A stretch of 64,000 nt of DNA from Octopus sinensis (lineage: Eukaryota): the NCBI RefSeq assembly GCF_006345805.1, contig NC_043003.1, forward strand, positions 84,196,001 through 84,260,000, in the 5' to 3' direction. Positions 11,816 through 26,716 of the stretch are shown here, in pieces. Under the pieces are notes generated by a model that had not been told where the DNA came from, ran no database searches, and saw only the letters and a list, made by a program, of their open reading frames with translations. Each line of letters starts with the position of its first letter. Position 1 is the first letter of the stretch. A program made the position numbers and the translations under genes.

Positions 11816-12497
11816 AAAAAGGGGCGGCAAACAAATTTTACTAATGTTTCGTAGGTTGATGTCTGGGGTATTTGTCTGTTTCAGAAACGCTTAGACAGTA
11901 TGTAACAACTGTTACTATCGTCACATATTTCACAATCAACAATCACCATTAAGTCAGCCATCATGATCATCGCAGACATCACCCTAAAAAACGGAGGTCT
12001 GTTAGCGCCACTCTCGCCGTTACCATTCTTACGACTACCACCAGCATGACATACATCGCACTCAAAGACGTCTACCAGCGTCACTCTCACTACCACCAGC
12101 ACCACCACCACTACTACCACCATCATCACTACAGCCACCACTACCACCTCAATAATCATCCCTACCACGCACGTCACCCTCACCCTCAACGATGTCTACC
12201 GGAGTCAATCTTACCACCGCCGCAACCACAACCTTCACCACCGCCACCACCAATACCACCACACATTCCAGTCGTTCCCTCCTCCTGTCATTCTGTGCTA
12301 TGTGAAAAATAATTCATAAGATATATTTTTCTTTTTCTTTTCTTTCTTTCCTTCTTTATTTATTTATTTATTGAAGCTGTAATGGCAAATGAAGAAAGAC
12401 AAAGATAACTGGTTGGATGATTGGACGGTTGGCTGGAAGTGGATGGATGAATGCTTGTTTTGCCTGAAAGACTGACAGACAAACAGATATGCTATAC

Positions 12498-12553
<56 letters not shown>

Positions 12554-12636
12554 TCTAACTGTGTGTGTGTGTACATGTATGTGTGTGAGAGTATATATAT
12601 TTATATATATAGCATTCTCTATCTCTGCCTTTATAT

Positions 12637-12693
<57 letters not shown>

Positions 12694-13395
12694 GATAGAT
12701 ATACAAGAAGGTAGAGAGAGAGAAAGATAGATATACCGACATAGAAAGACAAGGAGGGCAGATAAAGCGAGAAAGAAAGCAAATACGATAGAAAAAATTC
12801 CATGTTTTGTTAATCATTTCCTTTTCTTTCTTTTCTTTTCTTTTTTTTTTTTTTGCTACCATTCATATTTTCATCATTATTATGAGTTATTTTGGTCACC
12901 TCTTTATCTTAATAATAATCACAACCCGCTGGTGTTGGTCACCTCACCCCTGTTTATTTTTCATAATCCTCGCAGTCGCCTGTTATTGACATTGCTATGG
13001 CTGCTGTTGATTGCAAGTTGCAAGTGTCGTAGCGATCGCTATCGTCGTTGTCGTTGACGTCGTCGTGTGGTCTTGTGCCAATGGCGGAGCAAAATTATTA
13101 TCTGCCATCCATATTAACTCTATCCACCCCGCCCCATCATGATTATCGTTATCATCATCACCATCATCGTCATTATTATTCCTATCATCCCTGGGAGACA
13201 CAAACACCACCACTACCTGTCACCCACATCATCATCATCATCATCATCATCATTTCCTGGCAACCTGCAAATATCATTATCAACAATAACAACAGCAAAC
13301 CCTTAGAATTCATTTGCTTCAACAGCCTGTGCATATTATAATACAGACATCATTCCATAACGCGAATGATAAAGTAATAATAATAATAATAATAA

Positions 13396-13942
13396 TCCTT
13401 TCTACTATAAGCACAAGGCCTAAAATTTGAGGGAAAGGGCTTAGACAATTATATCGACCCCACTACTCAGCTGCTACTTATTTTATAGACCCCGAAAGGA
13501 TGAAAGGCAAAGTCGACCTTGGCGGAATTTGAACTCAGACCGTAGGGACAGACAAAATACCTATTTCTATTTCTTTACTACCCACAAGGGGCTAAACACA
13601 GAGAGGACAAACAAGGACGGACAAACGGATTAAGTCGATTACATCGACCCCAGTGCGTAACTGGTATTTATTTAATCGACCCCGAAAGGATGAAAGGCAA
13701 AGTCGACCTCGGCGGAATTTGAACTCAGAACGTAAAGGCAGACGAAATACCTATTTCTTTACTACCCACAAGGGGCTTGACACAGAGAGGACAAACGGAT
13801 TAAGTCGACTATATCGACCCCAGTGCGTAACTGGTACTTATTTAATCGATCTCGAAAGGATGAAAGGCAAAGTCGACCTCGGCGGAATTTGAATACAGAA
13901 TGTAGAGACGGATGAAATGCCGTTAAGCATTTTCTTCGACGA

Positions 13943-13945
<3 letters not shown>
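13396..13945 (-). mobile_element. SINE A concatemer: head-body-tailB-body-tailB-body-tailA
   Basis: Three bodies (ggatgaaaggcaaagtcgacc at about 13498, 13687 and 13858) and two tail B modules. Confidence 0.85.
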
Positions 13946-14000
<55 letters not shown>

Positions 14001-14395
14001 TAATGATCATAGCTTTTTTTTCTGTTTCTATAAAGTGATGGATGAGGAGACAAAAAGAGAAGACAAAAAAATGAGAGAAGACAAAAACTTTAAGAATTTA
14101 GACAGAACTCGCATGCAATGTAAATAATAGTGGTAGTATGTATACACACTATATACACCTTATGAGAAAAGCCCAGGCGGAAGGAGGGAGCGTCTCCCAG
14201 GGTCAATTAAGGCACCACCCACCCAAATCCAGCATTACTCTGACTACGAAGGATTAGTGTCCCCGTCTCCCGGCTCGCATTCCCCCGGCCTACAGGCGCA
14301 TACTGAGAGCAGACATCCACACACCATCCATACACTAAGGGGCCATGCTCGCTAATTTCATCCACCTTCCAATAAATTTACAGGAGGGCAACAAC

Positions 14396-14435
<40 letters not shown>

Positions 14436-14664
14436 ACCTCCCTTCCTCTCTCCCCTCCCCTCTCTTTGCCTCCTTCTCTTTCTACCCTTCACTTTTCACT
14501 CCAAGTGGAACTCAAAAGTCGATGAAGTGGTGTGTATGTGTGTGTCTGTGTGTGTAAGTGTATGTTTTATGGGGTGGGGTACTGCCCCGTTCCATTTTCA
14601 ATGAATCACATCCTATACCCCATGGGTTCTAATTCTACTCGATTCCATCATCAACACACACACA

Positions 14665-14707
<43 letters not shown>

Positions 14708-14952
14708 AAAAACATACATTCATCGGATACCAACACTTCAGTCCGCCACCGCTTAACCTCCACCACTACCAAAATATTCCTTCATCCTTTTCCACATCCT
14801 TTTGCATTGCATCTGCCATTCTTCTCATTTGTGCCCCTCCCCTCGTCCAACACATAGGACTTTTCATCATCCTTCTTTTACTCACAGACATGCATATTCT
14901 ATTAGATACCGGCACAGAAGCACACATAGGTTATTAGAAACACAGAAAAATA

Positions 14953-15309
14953 TATTCTTTTATTCGTTTTTTTCATTTTTATTCTTTTATTTCAGTCATT
15001 TGACTGCCGCCATACTGGAGCACCAAATTTTAGTCGAACAAATCGATCCCAGGACTTACTCTTCGTAAGCCTAGTACTTATTTATCGGCCATTTTTGCCG
15101 AACCGCTAAGATAAGGGGACATAAACACACCAACATCGGTTGTCAAGCGATAGTGGGGTCAACATATATATACGACGAGCTTCTTTAAGTATTCATCTAC
15201 CAAATCCATTCACAAGGCTTTGGTCAACCCGAGACTATAGTAGAAGACACCTAATGTGCCACGCAGTGAGACTGAACCCGGAACCATGTGGTTGGGAAGC
15301 AAGCCATGC
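14953..15309 (-). mobile_element. SINE family B, near full length
   Basis: Aligns with 5590-6008. Confidence 0.85.
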
Positions 15310-15330
15310 TACGCTTATGTTATATAAATA

Positions 15331-15718
15331 TATTCTTTTATTTGTTTCAGTCATTTGACTGCGGCCATGCTGGAGCACTGCCTTTAGTCGAGAAAATCGA
15401 CCCCAGGACGCATTCTTTGTAAACCAAGTACTTATTCTATCGGTCTCTTTTGCCGAACCGCTAAGTGACGGGGACATAAACACACTAGCATCGGTTGTCA
15501 AGCAATGCTAGGGGGACAAACACAGACACACAAACATACACGCACACACATATATATACATATATACGACGGGCTTCTTTCAGTTTCCGTCTACCAAATC
15601 CACTCACAAGGCTTTGGTCGGCCCGAGGCTATAGTAGAAGACACTTGCCCAAGGTGCCACGCAGTGGGACTGAACCCGGAACGATGTGGTTGGTAAGCAA
15701 GCTACTTACTACACAGCC
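15331..15718 (-). mobile_element. SINE family B, full length, tandem with the previous copy
   Basis: Aligns with 5590-6008. Confidence 0.9.
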
Positions 15719-15750
<32 letters not shown>

Positions 15751-16304
15751 ATCAAAATAAGCAACAAGGATTATTTTGATTATAATCACCCCATTTTGAA
15801 TTATATGGATAATACCATACTAAATTCTGGTGCCTTTAACTTAAGTACCATATTCATCTGAATCTAAATTTTACTAAACAATATATATATATACGCGCGC
15901 GCGCACACACACAGAGTAACTACTCACAAGTACACGTGCATAAGCATAGCCATAGTTTGCTAGACACATAAGATTACACAAGTAACTCCCCTCCTCATTA
16001 CCACCACACCAAGCTCACATGAAACCCCTCTTTTTATTCATCCATGTACTTCAGTGTCTCTGTCTGTCTGTCAGTCTCTCTCTCTCTCTCTTCTCTCTCT
16101 CTCACTCTAAATACATATATATATATATATGCATATATATATATATATATATATTTCCTCTCTTTTCTCTCTTCTCCTTCTTGTCAACCCCGTTCCACCT
16201 TCTCTACGCTGTTCTGTCGACATAAATAAACCTCAGGGACGAGGTTAGAAATTCCCACGACGTCGGACGATGAGAGAGGGTAGCAGTGGAAAGGGGGTAA
16301 CATG

Positions 16305-16346
<42 letters not shown>

Positions 16347-17090
16347 AACAAAAACACAGACATGTAGTCCCCTTCTCCTCTCTCTTTCTCCCTTAACCCA
16401 TTACCTCTCAACCCTTCCACTTCCAACATCCTCATTTTGCCTGTTTTTATTTTATTTTATTCCATTTTTTTTTTACTTCAACAGCATCCCCTCCCCGCCA
16501 TCGTACCAAAAACATCATACACACACAAAAAAAGATTTAAACTGCAGAGCAAACAGACATAATGCCATTTCTTCACCCTCACCACCTCAAATTTTCATCA
16601 CCGACCTCAATCAGTCAACCATCCTACTGAATCACCCCCGACCCTAACGAAGTTAGCCAGCCAGTCAGCTAGCCACCCTTAACCAGCCCTCCCGTTTAAT
16701 ATTGGAAACCCATCCCTAAGCCCATCAATTCCACCTCCCACGTCTGAAAAAGCCCGCTTTTCTCTTCGAAATATTTCACAAACGTTTGCTCTACTTTCAG
16801 ACAAGTCTTTACACACTTGCTGTACAAAAGACAATCTGCACGAAGCAGTGGAGGGGATGCATGGATATTGAGGGTGGAGTGGGTGAAAGGGGTTAAGTAA
16901 CGGTTTGAGCCACTGTGAAACTGTTCCACCTGCCGCCAGTCATAGCAGCTAAATGACCTTCGCGTCATACAGCGGTCCCATATTTAAGTCAAACAACGAT
17001 GAGACACGGTGGTCTTAGGTCTATCTTTATCAAGACGGGCGGAATGGGCAATGATCACCACCGCCACTGCCCCCATCTCCATTACCGTCG

Positions 17091-17141
<51 letters not shown>

Positions 17142-17224
17142 TTACTACTACTACTACTATCATCATCATTGTCGTTGACTTCGTCATCAGAATCAAGTGT
17201 AGAAATATCAGCAAGGAAGCCTTT

Positions 17225-17420
17225 TCGTGGTCATTCAAACTGCTAGAAATAGCAAACGAATTACACCCTATTCTTTAAAAAACAAACAAATTAAATACTT
17301 ATTGGGGTCACATGATGTAGTCCAAGATACATTATGCCTGATACAAAGACGGGGTGGTCACGGCTGGCAAGTATCTGACCATTGTTCTACTCGATCAGAG
17401 CTAATTTGGAAGTCAACAAT
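17225..17420 (+). mobile_element. Interspersed repeat family D (probable SINE/LINE 3' part)
   Basis: ctgctagaaatagc..acaccct..atgtagtccaagatac..gggtggtcacggctgg..gatcagagct. Similar copies at 17560-17775, 35270-35415, 42015-42200, 45345-45620, 57525-57730, 57950-58165 and 63810-64000. Confidence 0.65.
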
Positions 17421-18049
17421 ATATCAGTTACAAATATCGTCCTAGTGGTAGCAGCAACAACAGCAACAATGGTTTTATAGTAGTAGCTTGAAACAGCATC
17501 AGCAGCAGCAGCAGCAGCAGCAGCAGCAATGAATATCAGCGACCCTCAAAACAGCAGTAAACAAGGGAGTCACTATGTGGTCGGCTGACCTACAGAAAAC
17601 AGCTGTCAAATACCTTTAAACTCATAACCAACCTAACATCTTACCTAAAAGAAAGCTAAGACTGGACACTGTAGTCGCACAAATATGCATTAAGAACCAG
17701 AAGGTGGTTACGGTTTTTGATTGCCTTTGATTACAAGTATACTCAATCAAGCTGACCTTGGGTTAAACAACAACGGCAATGACCAAATGCAACCCCAACA
17801 AAAGCAGTAGTAATAATCAACAGCAGCAGCAATGGTAGCAGCAGTAATTACAAACAGCAAATCCCTACAACAGCATCGGTAGCAGCAGCAACACAGTAGC
17901 AGCGCTGTAACGTCGAAATCAGGTCAATATATTCAAACTGGTGACGGCTTTTGGCATTGCAATCTGACAGGAGGTGGGGTGCCCTGGTAGGTTTTGAAGG
18001 TTAGGTGAGACCAACCAGCTGGCGTGAAGAACGTAGCAGCACTACTAAG

Positions 18050-18336
18050 CCACCATTATATATAATATAATATATATATCTATAATATATATAATACATA
18101 TATATATACATAACATACATATACATATATACATATGTTTATACACATACATACATATATAGATATATATATATATATATATATAATATATATATATATA
18201 CATATAAACATAATATATATACATACATATATATATACATAATATACATACATATACATATACATACATATACATATACATATCATACATATACATAATA
18301 TATGTATATATTATATATATAATATATATATATTAC

Positions 18337-18375
<39 letters not shown>

Positions 18376-18500
18376 CATACATATATATATATACATACAT
18401 ATATAGATACATACATATATACACACACACATATATATATATATACATATATATACTACATATATAGACATTATATATGTCTACTTACATATATGTATGC
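18050..18500. repeat. (AT/ATAC)n low-complexity tract
   Basis: Seen directly. Confidence 0.95.
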
Positions 18501-19296
18501 ATGCATACATACATATATACACACGCATAGATACACACATACATGCGTATGCGTGCATTTATAAGTTCGTATACATGCGCGTATTAGTATGTATTCATGT
18601 ACCTAGGAACATATATGAGTGTGTGTATGAGCCAGTTTACATGCACAAACACACACATGTATTGAAGAGGGCCCAGAAAGCAATATCTTTGGTAGAACAA
18701 AGCCACTTGCATTATGTGAAGAATTCTTATATTTGGTTAAGTGAATAAAAAGATTAACAATAAAACGTGTATTTCTTAAAATACATTGTCTTTTATGAGA
18801 CTGTGTCATATCAATTATATGCATGCCTGTAAACTCCAGGTTATTACTGAAAGCATGTTGTTATACCATGAAACTGTGTGTATTAAATTAAATACATAAA
18901 AAAAAACAAACGCAAAAAATGTTATCAGATTTAAGGAAAGCGTGAAATTGAATCCATTTTTTTAGCATATGAGCTAAAATACAAATTATTTAGCGGTATT
19001 AAAAACATGATTAAAATAAAGTAGAGAAAGCCATTTTGAAAATTTGGATAAGAAGACATATAAAGATATGGCACTAGCACTCCGTCGACTACGATGATAA
19101 GAATTCCAGTTGACCCGAACAACGGAACAGTCTCCTTGTGAAATGAATGTGCAAGTAGCTGAGCACTCTACAGACACGCGTACCTTTAACATAGTTGTGA
19201 GGCAGATTCAATGCTGGGCTGGCGGTACGCTGTGTTCTTGCGCAAGACACTTTATTTCACGTTGCTCCAATTCCCTCAGCTATAAAGATAGACCTT

Positions 19297-19660
19297 GGCG
19301 TAGATACGTGGTAAGAAGTTTGCTGCCGAACCACATGGTTCTGAGTTCAGTCCCACTGCAGTGCACCTTGAGCAAGTGCCTTCTACTGTAACCTCGGGAC
19401 GACCAAAGCCATGTGAGTGGATTTGGTGGGCGAAAACTGAAAGGAGCCCGTCGTACATATGTGTATGTGTACCCGTGTGTGTTTGAACCACTCACACACC
19501 GCTTCACAAACGGTGTTGGTTTGTTTACGTGAATTAGCGTTTCGATAAAAATGGCCGAGAATATAAGTACCAGGCTCAACAAAAATAAGCACTGGGGAAG
19601 ACTCATCTAGCATGGCTGCAGTCCAATGATTGAAACAAGCACAAAATAAGAGATAAAGAA
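19297..19660 (+). mobile_element. SINE family B, older copy
   Basis: gtggtaagaagtttg..ccacatggttctgagttcagtcccactgc..accttgagcaagtg.. with tail tgaaacaagc. Confidence 0.85.
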
Positions 19661-20387
19661 ATATGTTATATTAACTTGGATGTAGGAAGAGAAATATAAA
19701 ACGTGTATCACATTTAAAGCGTACAAAAGTGGATACATTAAAATAAAATTTAGAATATAAATTATTATATAACTTTAAGTGGTTTATAAAGTAGTAATAC
19801 GTGAAGGTAAATGAGAGATAGGAAAAGGGCGAGGTACATGTTTGAATAAGAGGATGTGCAAGATTATTTAATCAGCAATACTTAATGAAGTAAATAATCA
19901 TTTAAATTAGAGTTGAAAAACAAGTTGTGATAAAATTAACTAAAGCATCATTAATGAAGCTTAATACATGGATGGTTTAATAGTAATTTAACGGTTTAAT
20001 AGTAATTTAACGGTGGCTAATTTAATAATTAAATTAATATAACTGGAGGAACAAAAACTGAGTCGCGGTTTAAACAATTAAATAAATAACCTGAACATGA
20101 AAGGCGGAAATCTACTAAAATCAAAGTCTGAGGTTTACTAATTAATATTGTTTAGATTGTCTAGTGTATTATTACAAAGTAGGATAACTATAATGATTAA
20201 AATCGCAATAGACATTAGTGGAAATGTACTGTTATTGTCAATGACAATAAGCTTTATTCTGAAAATGTTTTCTAAGTAAAAAGTAAAATAGAATATCAAT
20301 GACAATAGCCTATAAAGATGAGCGATGGTGTACTAATATACTTATACAAGGATGTTTGTTTGTTTGTGTGTGTGTATGTATGTGTGT

Positions 20388-20423
<36 letters not shown>

Positions 20424-21284
20424 GTGTGTGTGTGAGAAAGGAGAAGTTCAATAAATAATATAATTCAAAATGGCACAGGTTTAAAGTATTTTAATGTTTT
20501 AAACATCCTTTGCTGCAATGTGAGACTAAATCTGAGTGTCTTTTAAGTAACAGAAGGATGTAGAATTATATTTCTAATGACCCTGAGATGCGAAACTGAC
20601 AAGGCTTTTATTGTTGGTAGGAATTTTTCGAAGGACAGTTTTTCATTTTATATTAGAAGTAGTGTTGCTTGGCTTCAAATCCTAAATATGGTAAGAGAGT
20701 AAGGTAAGAGCTTCTCTGTCCTGATTCGAAACGCGCGCACGTGCATGAGTGTGTGTATGTGTGTATGTGTGTGTGTGTGTGTGTGGTGTGTGTGTGGTGT
20801 GTGTGTGCGTGCGTTGAATATGCTGAACGAATTTAGCGATTAAGTATGAAATTAGTGGTTAAATATGAAATTGAGATTGAGTTGATCTTCACTGTGGGAC
20901 ATTACATTAAATCCGTCGATTTTTCAGTTGACTTCATAGAGATAATAGTAGAAGTAAATACACCTACAGTTAGATATAATTTAGATGGAAGGCTGTGTTT
21001 AAATACATTACATTATTTTAGCTCTGCACTGAATATCAAAACATCTGTATCTATTGCATAGACAGACAGATAGACAGAAACACACACACACGCATACGCA
21101 AGTTAAAAAATAAGGTATGTGAAAACTGGTCGTGGTCTGCGTTAGTAAAAGTTATGCATTGAATGATTTTAATGAGTTCGGAAAAGTTCGCATGTGGTGG
21201 GCAGAAAAGTATTCTGAAGTTTCATGTAGACGTGCAATGATGTTAGAACCTCACACTTATTAGATTTAGCCTGGCAGTGTCAGT

Positions 21285-21327
<43 letters not shown>

Positions 21328-21689
21328 TGTGTATGTGTGCGTGCGATCACATGCGTTTACATGATTGTGCGTAGCGGGATCGTCGTTCCTCCGAAGAATA
21401 AGTGTAACTATTATTTTGGCAGAGGACTTTTAGTATCAACAGTCTTATCTGAATCTCTCTGTGCGCGCACACCTTCAAACACATATATAATGTAGCAATA
21501 TAATATATAGATACATTAAACAGAAACACACAGAGACACACATTCATACATAGACAAATGAAAGAAAATAGAATTAATGACATTTTTGTATTTAACACAC
21601 TACAGCTGTTTCGAGACATTTCTACACCTGTAGTACATACGTGAGAGAATGCCCCTCTTCAGGTGATTGTTCGTCAGATTCTCACGCCA

Positions 21690-21940
<251 letters not shown>

Positions 21941-22194
21941 TGCACGCACAGTGCAATGAATGACTGGCTTTTGAGAGATAAAGACCGAAAGAATAGAAAA
22001 TAGCAAAGAAAATTATATTTTCATGGTAGTAATGTCACTTTTAAATATAGGGTTGTTGATGAGACAGTGAGAAGGGGCACCTTTATATATATAGTGGTTT
22101 TTCTCTAATATATATATTATATATTTATATTGTGAAATTTGATTTAATACTAAATTGAATTTTTCCCTATAAGTTTGGAGTTATACTCCCTATT

Positions 22195-22243
<49 letters not shown>

Positions 22244-22793
22244 TATATATATATGTATATATAATGAGTGAGTGCATGCGTGCAAATATAAACACTACAC
22301 GAAAAACACATGCGAGCGCGCACACGCACACACACTCATAAATAAATTGTACTTATACCACTCTGCTTCATGGTATTGAGTTCTTTTCTGGATAGATTGA
22401 TTTACAGTTTTGTGTATTTCATATGTTTCCATAAAATGATCATGAAAACAAATAACCAATATCTCAAGCTAAATGTGACCTCCTTTATTCTACATATGTC
22501 TTTCCTCTAGTGATTCCAAACCACCAATAATCCTCAGAATATTCCAACTCCACCTCTCTGTCTCTTCCATACACATCACGCATAGAACACATACACACAC
22601 ATAAATGCAAATTTAGTATATGTGCGTGTGGGGAGGGGTTCCACCAATTCAAGTTCTTTTCATTCTTTTTTCACCTTACTTTTTTTATGGTTCGTTTCTG
22701 TAGCTGGAGATTTTCCTGAAACAACAGCCACACAGTAACCAGCCATCTATACATTGACGAACACATTTACACATGCACACACATACAGTCATA

Positions 22794-22841
<48 letters not shown>

Positions 22842-23117
22842 TACACATAGACGCACATATATGTCTGTACACACAGACACAGCGAGACAAGTTTAAGTAT
22901 AAAGTAAATAAACAGATATGCATAGCTACTGACATACATACACATATACACATCCGATGTTATAGCATCTTAAATTTTGTGCAGCTCAAATCAAATAAAT
23001 AGATGAAATAGTGAAACCATACAACAAACATAGCACAGACTGTCGTCTACGAGATACATACAAACACACAAATACACATATACATATATATAAACATACA
23101 CACATATATATAAACAT

Positions 23118-23158
<41 letters not shown>

Positions 23159-23461
23159 CTTATACATACATACACACATGTATATATGTATGTGTATATA
23201 TCAATTGTACGTATACACGCTAACAAATGTATACACAAACATATTGGTTCATCTGAGATATGCATACATACGTCCATACACAATTACATACTTAGATGCA
23301 TATACGCATGTACATATGCCGGTATACATACACACGAGTTAAAAACATACGTATATATATATATACCTACATACATGCTAGCTGTGGATAGGTACACACA
23401 CATTAACTGTACATATATATATGTATATATATGTTTGTATGTATGTATGCCTATATATAAT

Positions 23462-23505
<44 letters not shown>

Positions 23506-23669
23506 TGTGTGTATGTATTTTAAGTACATATATACTTACATATTCACAGACTGTAGATACATACATAAGTACAAAAGTAGCAGCTGTATATACATATTTT
23601 CGTACGTATAAGCTATACAATTAAACACTTGTGCAAATCTGGCTTTCAATACTGGATTATATTCAACAT

Positions 23670-23704
<35 letters not shown>

Positions 23705-24072
23705 ACACACACACATACACACATGTATATACACACATACATTCACATGCACACACAGAGGCACAAACTAGATTTTATGGTTAAATGTTTAGATAGCCGG
23801 TTTCTTTTGCTTTTGTTCTTTGAACATTTTCTGCCAATAAAGACAGAAACGGTCTTTAGAAGAGCAAAAGCTACTTCTCTTGAGTTTATTAATGTAGAAA
23901 GTGTACGTATGTGTATATGGACGTGTATCTAAATTAATAAACTCCACAACCGCATAGTTATGCGTATAAACAAGTAGACATCATACACACATACATATAT
24001 GCATATACACTCGCATACTCACAAATACATTTTGTTTTGCAAACAGAAATGGTACTAAATGTGTAATACATA

Positions 24073-24120
<48 letters not shown>

Positions 24121-24122
<2 letters not shown>

Positions 24123-24320
24123 TTTTACTCGTTAGACTACTGCCATGCTGGAGCACTGCTTTGAAAAAGTTTTAGTCGAATGAATCGATTCCGGTATTTA
24201 CTTTCTTTTTTGTAAATCTCGTACTTATTCTATCGGTTCCTTTTGCCGAACCACTAAGTTACAGGGACGTAAACTAACCAACACCAATTGTCAAGCGGTG
24301 GTGGGAGACAACACACAAAC
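24121..24320 (-). mobile_element. SINE family B, 3' half
   Basis: ccatgctggagcactg..ttttgccgaaccactaag..tgtcaagcggtg. Confidence 0.8.
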
Positions 24321-25342
24321 ACACCCGCACACAGGTATGCGTGTGTGTACGTGTATAATGTGTGTGCTTATATGAAATACGAAAATCAATGTTATATTCA
24401 ATTTTTTGTTATTTCTGTCATTGTTGCAAATATGCAGAGTACTTGGACGGTGGTAGAGACAATAGAACGCTGGTGAAAACATTTAATAGTCTTAATGTAA
24501 TGAGTTCAAGTCCAGTTATCGTTAACTTCACCTTTTACTCTTCTCATGATTATGATTGGTCTTAATTGCCTGCGCCTTTTCCTCACACACGTCTAACGTT
24601 TATTGTTCTGTCTTCTGCCAATGCCAGCAAAACATCCATCGGTAGATACAGGAGCGTCGACTTCAGAGCTTTACGCTATTCAGTTTCGCTCCTTCACGTT
24701 TATGATTTCAGATCTCACTTGGTCAGGTCAACTCAAGCATATCAACTCAAGACCGCCTATGAGGTCAATTGATTTGCTTGAAATGAGAGTGAAAATCTTC
24801 GAAATTGCGCCCTACTGTCTTATACTGAGAGGGATATAGAGGAGAATGCTGTCGCAAATGTACTAGAAGAAAGAACGGTGTGGACAGAATCCACATTGTT
24901 GCATAAACATAGACAAATGCATATATATGTGTGTGTGTGTGTATGTATATGTATATGTACAAACATTTGTGAAACATTTAGAGTGTTCATTATGGGAAAG
25001 TGTCGCTTAGAGTGACTGTGGGTCTGTTAATTAGGATCTCTCGAGTCTTTGCTAATTGTAGTGATCTGTGGAATAACCAGTTCCAAATAGGCTTTTATCC
25101 AAAGAGGAAAAATATGATTTTAAAATAATAACTTCACTGCGTGGTGCAGATAATATTGTGCGTCGTGCCAATTTTTATATTAGATTAGCGTCTGTCTATA
25201 TACGCAATAATATACTGCTGAGCTGCACGCAGATACCAGGGCAGGATCTTATTTTATAGACTTTGGAAAGAGGAAGGCAAGGTGGACCTGGGCACATACC
25301 TAATACCACAAAGTATTGTATTTTTATGACCTACTATCACCC

Positions 25343-25393
<51 letters not shown>

Positions 25394-26061
25394 CAAACAA
25401 ACAAACAAACAAGCACAACACAAATACATGTTTTAACAAAGCAAGCCACGTGTCTCTTATTTTTGCTGGTTTCCCGCTTTCAGTCACGCTACAGGAATGT
25501 GGAAAGAGAAATCAGTGCCTATGCTGAGAAAGATGAAATAGAAAGAGAGAGAGGGGGGGGAGAGAAGTGGGGAAAAGAGAAAAAGAGAGAGGGGGAAAGA
25601 GAAACAAAAAAACATCCAGGTTACTTAGAAGTAATCAGTGAAATATGGGTATAGGACGGAGATAGGGAGAGGAAGAAATTCATGTAAATTAAGTCACAGC
25701 TAGGAACACCCTTTAAAGGTCTTTAAATGGAACGAATCGACCTCAGTGGTTCTTTTTCAAATTATTTATTCCATCGATCACTTTTACCGAACTACCAAGT
25801 TACGTAAACAAAACCAACACCGGTTGTTAAGCAGTTGTGGGCTGAAAGTAACACACACACACACCACACACACACACCCTATGTTATTGATAATACCTAG
25901 TAAAACGTGCTTATTTTCCACTCATCAAATTGAATGAAGTTTAGGCCAAGAAGAACTGTTGCCATCAGACGACATCCAACGAATAACCAGTGTTTCGACT
26001 CTGAAACGTAACACCGTCCTGTTGGTGGTACAGCAACGGAGGCCAAAATCACGTCTCATCT

Positions 26062-26190
26062 TTCAGTTATCGTCTATCAAATCCACTCAAAAAGCCTCGA
26101 TCTACCCTTAGAAGACACTTGCCAAGGTAGTACGCAGTGTGACTGAACCCAGAACCATGTTGTTGAGAAGCAAACTTCTTACCACACAGC
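26062..26190 (-). mobile_element. SINE family B, 5' half
   Basis: agaagacacttgccaaggt..actgaacccagaaccatg..cttaccacacagc. Confidence 0.8.
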
Positions 26191-26216
26191 TACGATTTAC
26201 TATTATTATTATTATT

Positions 26217-26678
26217 ATTGAGTGAGAGAGCAGTTCATGCCAGCAAAGTGACACTGGGGTAAAATATACGAAGCCCAATATACCCATCATGACTACTCGT
26301 CTGATAAGGGTACACCAGGCACATGCATCACAACCATATGTGCGCGACATGGTGATCTCATATCAAGATAAACAGCACATGACCTTACAGGTGGGGCCCA
26401 GTTAGAAATTTCTTCAGGTTGAGTAGCCCATCCCGCTCAAAAGGTCCCTGAATAAGGGTTGTTTAAGGATGTTGAAAGAACCACCTATGTTTCCAGAGGT
26501 GAATTATTCAAACCCCAAAGAATCCCTCTCAACACATGGCTACGATGCTCCCCCACAACTTCTGCTCGTGATCAGAGATGCACATATCGTCAGCCACTAA
26601 GGGACATGCTCAACTGGTTAAGGTCAAACAACTGACAAGCAAATCTGTGGTATTGAGCAGAATATTTGCTGTAGCCCA

Positions 26679-26680
<2 letters not shown>
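26217..26680 (-). mobile_element. ~460-bp retroposon-like element embedded in (ATT)n
   Basis: Complex sequence bounded on both sides by (ATT)n. The reverse complement begins gatgggctac and ends ctcactcaataataat. I recall it as a high-copy Octopus repeat (not verified). Confidence 0.6.

Positions 26681-26716
<36 letters not shown>

Noticed and set aside
19975-20012. Short perfect tandem duplications (19 bp here, 22 bp at 52722, 16 bp at 6908)
   Set aside because: Ordinary slippage-type duplications with no further structure.
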